NCBI GenBank assembly: GCA_938082375.1 | Contig: CALKCJ010000025.1 | Coordinates: 37,363-101,362, forward strand | Length of the DNA: 64,000 nucleotides | Direction of reading: 5' to 3' | From: an uncultured Thermomicrobiaceae bacterium | Lineage (GTDB): Bacteria > Chloroflexota > Chloroflexia > Thermomicrobiales > Thermomicrobiaceae | Shown here: positions 29,590-36,251 of the stretch, in pieces | Numbering within the stretch: position 1 is the first letter of the stretch | Layout of the letters: the number at the start of each line of letters is the position of its first letter | The notes under the pieces: generated by a model | Database searches by the model: none | What the model saw: the letters and a program-made list of their open reading frames with translations, nothing else | What the model was told of the DNA's origin: nothing | Position numbers and translations under genes: made by a program

Positions 29590-30030
29590 ATGCCCGAGAC
29601 TGACCTCCCAACACCTGGTGAGGTGGCCAGATCGAGCTACGATGACCAGCTCATCGCCGGGCTCGCCGACGAGCGGCCAGACGTAGCTGAGATCTGCGCC
29701 TGGGTGCTCGGCCAGCGCCGGGTCGCACGGGCGGTGAGGCCGCTCGGCGAGCTGGTGCGGCGGCGCCCACGCGACGTAGCGGTCTGCGTTGCGGCGGTGG
29801 AGGCGCTGGGGCAGATTGGGGATCCAGCGGCGGTACCGGCTCTCAGATGGGCCATCGATAACGGATACGCCGGTGTCCGCCTCGCTGCACTTCGCGCGCT
29901 GGCCCGGATCGACCCGGAAGCAGCGTGCGAAGTGCTGGCCCGGGTGGCAGCCGAGGATCCGGCCGCTGGCGTCCGGGAGCTGGCGAGCCAACTGCTCGCC
30001 GGGTTGCGAAGGGAGGAACAGAGTGGATGA
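29590..30030 (+). CDS. Small HEAT-repeat (PBS-lyase-type) protein
   Basis: Repeats VAAVEALGQIGDPAAVPALRWAIDN / VRLAALRALARIDPEAA; GAGGAG RBS; stop overlaps the MoxR start (GTGGATGA). Confidence 0.75.
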   Translation: MPETDLPTPGEVARSSYDDQLIAGLADERPDVAEICAWVLGQRRVARAVRPLGELVRRRPRDVAVCVAAVEALGQIGDPAAVPALRWAIDNGYAGVRLAALRALARIDPEAACEVLARVAAEDPAAGVRELASQLLAGLRREEQSG

Positions 30031-31027
30031 GCTTCGTGCCCACGATGGGCGGCTCAGAACTGACGAGGCCGAGGGTATCCAGGCGCTCGCGCGACGCATC
30101 CGCGAGATGGTCGAGCGGGTTATCGTCGGCAAGCGCGACGTCATCGAGCGGCTGCTGGTCGCGCTGCTGGCCGAGGGGCACGTGTTGATTGAGGACGTAC
30201 CGGGGATCGGCAAGACCAGGCTCGCACGGTCGCTCTGCCTGGCGCTCGGTGGGACATTCCAGCGCATCCAGTTCACGCCGGATCTGCTGCCGACCGATGT
30301 CCTGGGGTCGCTGGTTTACCAGCCGCAGAGCGGGTCGTTCGTCTATCATCCGGGGCCGATCTTCGCCAACGTGATCCTGGCCGATGAGGTCAACCGGGGA
30401 ACGCCGCGCACGCAGTCGGCACTGCTGGAGGCGATGGAGGAGCGGCAGGTGACGATGGAACGGCAGACGTATCCGCTGCCGCGCCCCTTCCTGGTGGTCG
30501 CGACCCAGAACCCGGTGGAGCTCGAGGGCACCTTCCCGCTCCCGGAGGCCCAGCTCGACCGCTTCCTGCTGCGGTTGCAGGTCGGATACCCCGAGCAGGA
30601 GGACGAGCGCGACATGGTACGCCGGTTCCTGCGCCGCGACCCGATCGTCGATGTCGAACCGGTCACTGAGCCGGACGAGCTCGCAGCGGCTATCGAGCAG
30701 GTGCGTCGCGTCTATCTCGGGCAGGCGGTCGAAGACTACGTGCTGGAGATCGTCCGGCGGACGCGCGAGCACCCGGAGATCGAGCTGGGCGTCAGCCCGC
30801 GCGGGACACTGGCGCTGGCGCGGGCGGCGCAGGCGCTGGCAGTTCTGAACGGCCGGCCCTTCGTGATTCCCGACGACGTGCGCGCGCTAGTGGTGCCAGC
30901 GCTCGGCCACCGGCTGATGCTGACGTCGCGCGCCGAGCTGCACGGGCGCACACGCGAGGAGATCCTCGCGGCGATCCTCGCCGAGCTGCCGGTGCCGGTC
31001 GAAGAAGACCTCGAGCTGCGAGCCTGA
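30023..31027 (+). CDS. MoxR-family AAA+ ATPase
   Basis: Walker A EDVPGIGKT, Walker B ILADEVNR, QNPVELEGTFPLPEAQLDRF. GTG start with GGGAGGA 5 nt upstream. Confidence 0.92.
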   Translation: MDELRAHDGRLRTDEAEGIQALARRIREMVERVIVGKRDVIERLLVALLAEGHVLIEDVPGIGKTRLARSLCLALGGTFQRIQFTPDLLPTDVLGSLVYQPQSGSFVYHPGPIFANVILADEVNRGTPRTQSALLEAMEERQVTMERQTYPLPRPFLVVATQNPVELEGTFPLPEAQLDRFLLRLQVGYPEQEDERDMVRRFLRRDPIVDVEPVTEPDELAAAIEQVRRVYLGQAVEDYVLEIVRRTREHPEIELGVSPRGTLALARAAQALAVLNGRPFVIPDDVRALVVPALGHRLMLTSRAELHGRTREEILAAILAELPVPVEEDLELRA

Positions 31028-31030
31028 GGC

Positions 31031-32284
31031 ATGGACGACGCGCGCGCGCTCTTCGCTGCCCAGCGGCAGGAGCACCTGCGGGCGATCCTGGTCGCCGCGG
31101 CCCTAGTCGGCCTGGCGGCAGTGGCCCTGCGCCAGCCGGTGCTGGCGGTGGCCGGCTTCGCGGTGGCGCTGACGCTGGCCGTGGGGCTCGTCTGGCAGCG
31201 CTACGGGCTGGTCGCCGTGGCCTACCGCCGCCGGTTCTCCCAGTCGCGCGCGTTCCCAGGCGAGGAACTGTGGCTGGAGCTGAGCGTCGAGAACAACAAG
31301 CTCTTGCCGTTGCCCTGGCTGGAGGTCGAGGACGAGTTTCCAGCCGACCTCGCCTTCCCCGGTCTCCAGCTCGATCCCTCGCCGAAGCCGAAGACCGCAG
31401 TCTTGCACACGCTCTTCTCCCTGCGCCCCTACGAGCGGGTACGGCGCCGTTACCGGCTGGTGGCGGCCCGGCGAGGCTACTACCGCTTCAGCCGGGTTCG
31501 GCTACGCACCAGTGATCCGTTCGGCCTGGCGCTCGCGGCACGCGAGGACACCGAGGCCGACGAGCTGATCGTCTACCCGGCAATCGCACCGTTGCCGGCC
31601 TTTGGGCTGCCGGCCAAGCAGCCATTGGGGGAGCGGCGGCCAGTGCAGCCGCTGGTGGACGACCCGACGCGGTACCGTGGCGTCCGGCCCTACGTCCCCG
31701 GAGACGTGCCCCGCCGCATCCACTGGCGGGCCACAGCGCGTACCGGCGAGGTGCAGTCCAAGCAGTTCGAGCAGGCGGCGACGCCGACCCTGGCCCTCTT
31801 CCTCGACATCAACACCTTTGAGCATTTCTGGGAGGGTCTCGACCCCGAGAAGCTGGAGCGGACTATCTCTCTTTGCGCCTCGCTCGCGGCCTGGGGGCTG
31901 GAAGAACGCTACCAAGTCGGGCTTTACGTCAATGCTCCGCGGGTTGGCGGCGAGCGCTTCATCCGGCTCCTGCCGAGCCGGCACCCCCGGCAGCTCCAGC
32001 GGATCCTCGAAGCGCTCGCACTCTTGGTTCCCTATACAGGTTATCGCATCGAGCTCCTCGTGGCGGCCGAGGCCCGGTTTCTTCCGTGGGGAGCGACCGT
32101 CGTCGTCATCACGAGCGTCGTGACCGAGGCGCTGCGCCGGACGCTGCTGGCCATGCGCCGGGAAGGCCACGCCATAACGCTCTTCGGTGTGGGGGTCGAT
32201 CCCAGATTGCCCGCGCTCCCCGGCCTCACGGTGTATACGATCGATGGAGGCGTCGATGGCACGGTGGCGCGAGGTACCGCTTGA
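31031..32284 (+). CDS. DUF58 domain protein (MoxR partner, degenerate vWA-like)
   Basis: Signature YRGVRPYVPGDVPRRIHWRATARTGEVQSKQFE; two N-terminal TM helices. Confidence 0.9.
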   Translation: MDDARALFAAQRQEHLRAILVAAALVGLAAVALRQPVLAVAGFAVALTLAVGLVWQRYGLVAVAYRRRFSQSRAFPGEELWLELSVENNKLLPLPWLEVEDEFPADLAFPGLQLDPSPKPKTAVLHTLFSLRPYERVRRRYRLVAARRGYYRFSRVRLRTSDPFGLALAAREDTEADELIVYPAIAPLPAFGLPAKQPLGERRPVQPLVDDPTRYRGVRPYVPGDVPRRIHWRATARTGEVQSKQFEQAATPTLALFLDINTFEHFWEGLDPEKLERTISLCASLAAWGLEERYQVGLYVNAPRVGGERFIRLLPSRHPRQLQRILEALALLVPYTGYRIELLVAAEARFLPWGATVVVITSVVTEALRRTLLAMRREGHAITLFGVGVDPRLPALPGLTVYTIDGGVDGTVARGTA

Positions 32285-33707
32285 GCCGCTGGTCTCCGCG
32301 CTCGTCGCCGTGGCGGAGGCGGCTGCCATCGCCCCCTGGCTGCAGATGGCGGCGGCGATGGTCGGCCATTCGGCGGCGCGGGTGCCATCTCCCGGCGTGC
32401 TGGCGCTGGTCGGGCTGCTCGCTTTTTGGTTGACGCGTTACTTCCTGGCGTCCGGCTGGGATCTCGGGGCAGCGCGGGCGCTGAGCGCGCTCGCTTGGCT
32501 CGGCACCATGCTGGTCTGGTTCGCGGTGCGAACCGAGACCTGGTTACGCGCACCGCTTGTCGTGATCGACCGGCTGCTTACGCTCGACGGCGCCACTGTG
32601 GCCCTCTTCGCACTCGGGTTGGCCGCCTGGTGGCGCGGGCTCTCGCTCGGGGCCGACCCCAGGCCGTTCACTCCCGATTTCGTCCGGTTCTCCTTCGTAC
32701 GAGACCTTGTCCTAGTGGGCGGAGCAGGACTCTTGGTGTGGCTTAGCCCGGCGATGGCGAACGCGGCCGGCGAGATGCTCGCGCGAGCTGTCCCCGTGCT
32801 CCTCGTTGCTCGCTTGCTCTGCGCTGCGGCGGTCCTGGCCGCCGAGGTACAGGCCTCTGCGTCGCCAGCGGCGAGCCAGGGGCGCCTCGGTTCTGGCTGG
32901 CTCGGGTCGGCACTCGTGCTGGCAGCTTCGATCCTCGCCCTGGCGACACTGCTGAGCGCCTTCGCCGGTCCACACGTGTGGCGCTGGCTGGCGACACCAC
33001 TCCGTTTCGCGCTCGATGGCCTCGGCACCGCCTTGTTCTGGATCCTGGCGGCGGTCGCCTACATTGTCTTCCTCCTGGTGACACCGATCATTTGGCTCGT
33101 GCAGCGTGCTCGCGGTGGAGAGCAACCACAACCGATCGCGCCACCCGCGTTGCCACAGTTCCAGGAGACGGCCGAGCGCGCCCGGCTGGCCTTGCCGCAC
33201 TCGGTACTCCTCATGCTGGAGGTGGTCCTCGGTCTCGCGATCGCCGCCGTGGTCGTCTGGCTTGCGCTCCGCGCGCTGCGCCGCTACCGCTTGCGGGAGG
33301 CGCAGCGGGCGGTTGAGGAGGTACACGAGAGCACCTGGTCGGGCCAGCTCGTGCTCCAGCAGCTCAGCGACGCTCTGCGCCGCCTGCGCCCGCGTCGCAG
33401 GCGAGCACGCCGGCTGGACGCAGCCCAGCTCGGCCGCCCGCCACGGTCGGTGCGCGAGGCGTACCGGTTCGCGCTGGCGCTGCTGGCGATGCGCGGTCTC
33501 CCGCGCCGGGTAGACGAGACGCCGCTCGAGTACCTGCCCAGGGCCAGCGAGACGTGGCCGGCGACGACGGTCCCGCTGGGCGACCTCACCGGTCGCTACC
33601 TGGTGGAGCGGTACGGCGAACTGGCCAGCGCCGACGACCTGCTGGCTGCCCAGGCCGATTGGGCTGAGCTGCGCCGAGCGCTGGCGGAGGGCGCTCGCGA
33701 GCAGTGA
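32256..33707 (+). CDS. Polytopic membrane protein with C-terminal DUF4129 domain
   Basis: GGAGG 5 nt before ATG 32256, overlapping the DUF58 stop. C-terminus ETPLEYLPRASETWP...LTGRYLVERYG is typical of DUF4129. No transglutaminase Cys-His-Asp core seen. Confidence 0.8.
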   Translation: MARWREVPLEPLVSALVAVAEAAAIAPWLQMAAAMVGHSAARVPSPGVLALVGLLAFWLTRYFLASGWDLGAARALSALAWLGTMLVWFAVRTETWLRAPLVVIDRLLTLDGATVALFALGLAAWWRGLSLGADPRPFTPDFVRFSFVRDLVLVGGAGLLVWLSPAMANAAGEMLARAVPVLLVARLLCAAAVLAAEVQASASPAASQGRLGSGWLGSALVLAASILALATLLSAFAGPHVWRWLATPLRFALDGLGTALFWILAAVAYIVFLLVTPIIWLVQRARGGEQPQPIAPPALPQFQETAERARLALPHSVLLMLEVVLGLAIAAVVVWLALRALRRYRLREAQRAVEEVHESTWSGQLVLQQLSDALRRLRPRRRRARRLDAAQLGRPPRSVREAYRFALALLAMRGLPRRVDETPLEYLPRASETWPATTVPLGDLTGRYLVERYGELASADDLLAAQADWAELRRALAEGAREQ

Positions 33708-33950
33708 TCGCGCGTCAGCAGCGCCGGTCCTGCGTCTCGCCTGGCACGCTTCGGGATCTGCCTGGCGGCTAAGCCGACCAGCTCCTCCTCTCTTGCCGCT
33801 CGCCGCTGACCTCACGCGTTGCTCGACGGAACCTTTTCGCTGGCCCGGGAGTATCTCATGGTGGAAGGCCTCTCCAGACCCGTCCCGCTCTCCTGAATGC
33901 GACACAGGGCTTCGCCGTGAACTGAGGCAGTTCGCCTGGTACTTGGCCGG

Positions 33951-33979
33951 TTGCATGACCACAAATGATTCGCTACGCT
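33951..33979 (+). promoter_or_regulatory. Putative promoter of the 34.1-kb surface-protein gene
   Basis: TTGCAT-17 nt-TACGCT. Confidence 0.4.
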
Positions 33980-34170
33980 GTCCAAGCAGTCGTTGGAGAA
34001 CGAGAGAGGAGCTGGTCAGGTGATAGGCTAGCAACGCGGGCCACCAGGAGAGGAGCCTGAAAAACGGAGAGTTATCACGTCGAAACGATGAGGGAAGCGA
34101 GGGACGTGACTATGGAGCGGCAGAAGCGCGCAGCGCACCATCCCGAGAGGCTCTTCCGGCGAGCGAGGCG

Positions 34171-35946
34171 GTGGCCGTTCCTCTTTGCGGCTGCCTCGCT
34201 GCTTGTCTCGGCGCTGCTGCTGGCCAGTACCGCCCTCTTTATCGCCCGGCCGGGGCTGGCCGGCGCGGTGCTCGGCCCCCAGCAGGAGCAGGGGGACTCG
34301 CCGCAAGCCCAGTTCGCGCAACCGCCCGCCTGGGCGCTGGCCCGGCGCAGCCCAAGTCCGGCTGCCGCTACTTCCCGGAGACCCAGCACAACCTGTGCGC
34401 CGGCTTCCGAGCCTACTGGGAGACCTACGGGGGCCTGCTCGAGTTCGGCTTCCCGCTGACCGAGGAGTTCGTCGACCCGGTACTTGGGCGCACCGTCCAG
34501 TGGTTCGAGCGAGCGCGCTTCGAGTGGCACCCTGGCGTGATCCCCGAGCGCTTCGACGTGCTCGAAGGCCGCGTCGGCGCCGAGCTGCTCGCGCTCGGCG
34601 GCGTCCCACCGACACCGACGCCCACTCCCACACCATCCCCCACGCCGACTCCCACCCTCACCATCGACCTGACCCCGGCCAGCGATACCAACGCGGTGGG
34701 CACCTTGCATACCGTGACCGCGACCGTGCTGCGGAGCGGGAACCCGGCGGCCGGTGAGCGCGTGCGCTTCCGGGTGACTGGCGGCGGAAACCCCAGCCCC
34801 ACGAGCGGCAGCGATGTCACCAACAACGCGGGCCAGGCTCGGTTCAGTTTCTCGAACACCCTCGCCGCCACGAATACGATCGAAGCGTGGGTCGACCTCG
34901 ACAACGACGGCGCGCGCGATGCCGACGAGCCGATGGACACTGCCATCAAGACCTGGACTGGCGAACTGAGCCTTGCCCTCACGCCAGCGAGCGCTACCAA
35001 CCCGGTAGGCACCAACCACACGGTGACCGCGGCCGTGCTGCGCGACGGCACGCCGGTCTCCGGCCAGCGGGTGCGCTTCCGCGTCACCGGTGGCGGGAAC
35101 CCCAGCCCTACCAGCGGCAGCGCCGTGACCGACAACGACGGTGAGGCCACCTTCACCTTTACTAACACCCTTGCAGCAACCAACACCATCGAGGCCTGGA
35201 TCGACTTCGACAACGACGGTGTGCGGGATGCGGATGAGCCCCGCGACACCGCGACCAAAACCTGGGTCGTCAGCACGCCATCGGCACTCGATGCCGAGCC
35301 CGAGTCAGCTACCGTGGTGATCGGTACTCAGCACACCATTACAGCGGCAGTCACCGACCAGTTCGGTAACCCGGTGCCGAATGTGCGTGTCCGCGCGCGC
35401 GTGACCGGCGCAAACCCGCAGACACTCGACTGCGGGATAACCGGTAGCAACGGGACGAGACCATGCCAGTACACGGGCAATACCCCCGGCGCGGATCAGG
35501 TAGAAGTGTGGGCCGATCGCAACAATAACTCGATCCGGGAAGCTGGCGAACCCAATGATGTCGTGAGCGTCACGTGGACAGTGACCGGCACGCTCACCTT
35601 GACCCCGGAGAGCACAGCGGCCGGAAACGTCGGCGACACCACGGCAGACACGACGGCGACCGTTACCGTGAGCGGCACGACGGCTGTGGTGCCAGTGGTG
35701 CTGGTGATCACCGACGGCACGGCGAACGGCTCCTTCGCAGTGTGTAACATACAGGACGATAACGTGACCTCGGGTAACACGAGCGGCGGCGCCATCAACA
35801 CCTTCAGTACACCGATCTACGCGTGTAGCGGCGGCGCAGGCACATCGTTCACCGTCCGCGCCTACCACGACGTGGACAACGACGGCGTGCGCGACCCGGG
35901 TGAGCCGCAGATCGGCTCGCCGCGCACGTTCTCGATCACCTCATAG
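34171..35946 (+). CDS. Surface protein: LGFP-like module, Pro/Thr linker, five Big_1-type Ig-like domains (signal anchor encoded out of frame upstream)
   Basis: CRYFPETQHNLCAGFRAYWETYGGLLEFGFPLTEEF..QWFERARFEWHP; PTPTPTPTPSPTPTPT linker; repeated LTPASxTNxVGTxHTVTAxV...VRFRVTGGGNPSP...IEAWxDxDNDGxRDADEP units. A plausible signal anchor is in the frame starting at 34112 (see findings). Confidence 0.8.
   Translation: MAVPLCGCLAACLGAAAGQYRPLYRPAGAGRRGARPPAGAGGLAASPVRATARLGAGPAQPKSGCRYFPETQHNLCAGFRAYWETYGGLLEFGFPLTEEFVDPVLGRTVQWFERARFEWHPGVIPERFDVLEGRVGAELLALGGVPPTPTPTPTPSPTPTPTLTIDLTPASDTNAVGTLHTVTATVLRSGNPAAGERVRFRVTGGGNPSPTSGSDVTNNAGQARFSFSNTLAATNTIEAWVDLDNDGARDADEPMDTAIKTWTGELSLALTPASATNPVGTNHTVTAAVLRDGTPVSGQRVRFRVTGGGNPSPTSGSAVTDNDGEATFTFTNTLAATNTIEAWIDFDNDGVRDADEPRDTATKTWVVSTPSALDAEPESATVVIGTQHTITAAVTDQFGNPVPNVRVRARVTGANPQTLDCGITGSNGTRPCQYTGNTPGADQVEVWADRNNNSIREAGEPNDVVSVTWTVTGTLTLTPESTAAGNVGDTTADTTATVTVSGTTAVVPVVLVITDGTANGSFAVCNIQDDNVTSGNTSGGAINTFSTPIYACSGGAGTSFTVRAYHDVDNDGVRDPGEPQIGSPRTFSITS
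34669..35286 (+). repeat. Two tandem ~309-bp coding repeats (adjacent Big_1-like domains, about three quarters identical at protein level by eye)
   Basis: LTPASDTNAVGTLHTVTATVLRSGNPAAGERVRFRVTGGGNPSPTSGS... versus LTPASATNPVGTNHTVTAAVLRDGTPVSGQRVRFRVTGGGNPSPTSGS... Confidence 0.8.
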
Positions 35947-35985
35947 CAGCCTGGAGCACACGTGCCACGCGCCCACGCACATGAT

Positions 35986-36021
35986 GAAGCCCCGGGGAGA
36001 ACCCCCGGGGCTTCTGGGTTG
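35986..36021 (+). terminator. Intrinsic terminator-like hairpin (conserved copy 1)
   Basis: GAAGCCCCGGGG-AGAAC-CCCCGGGGCTTC followed by TGGGTTG; nearly identical to 39111-39145. Confidence 0.6.
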
Positions 36022-36024
36022 CCC

Positions 36025-36088
36025 GCCCTCACCCCCGGTCCCTCTCCCGCGGCGTGCGGGAGAGGGGTGGCGAAGCCGGGGTGAGGGC
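36025..36088. repeat. Nested-palindrome REP element, copy 1
   Basis: GCCCTCACCCCC..CCCTCTCCCGC-GGCGT-GCGGGAGAGGGG..GGGGTGAGGGC (outer and inner inverted repeats). Confidence 0.85.
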
Positions 36089-36167
36089 CTGCCTCCTGGA
36101 ACATTCCTGGCGGCCCGCGCGTCTTTCAGGTAGCAGCGTGGCCCCCACCACCGCCCGGGGGTGTACG

Positions 36168-36196
36168 TTCAGAGGTCGTCCCCGGGCTGCTATACT
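36168..36196 (+). promoter_or_regulatory. Putative promoter of the 36.2-kb secreted-protein gene
   Basis: TTCAGA-17 nt-TATACT, about 55 nt upstream of the ATG. Confidence 0.35.
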
Positions 36197-36251
36197 CACG
36201 AGGTGGGCGAGCCAGGTCGATCAGGGTCCACAGAGTGAAGGGGGGACGTTT

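Noticed and set aside
34320-34360. Programmed -1 ribosomal frameshift joining the signal anchor to the Big_1 protein.
   Set aside because: There is no X XXY YYZ slippery heptamer and no obvious downstream pseudoknot or hairpin at the frame switch. A 1-nt indel (mutation or sequencing error) is the simpler explanation.
34606-34665. Pro/Thr-encoding near-repeat (CCGACGCCCACTCCCACACCATCCCCCACGCCGACTCCCACC) as a microsatellite or contingency locus.
   Set aside because: It is an imperfect coding linker (PTPTPTPTPSPTPTPT) between domains. It lacks a perfect repeat unit likely to slip.
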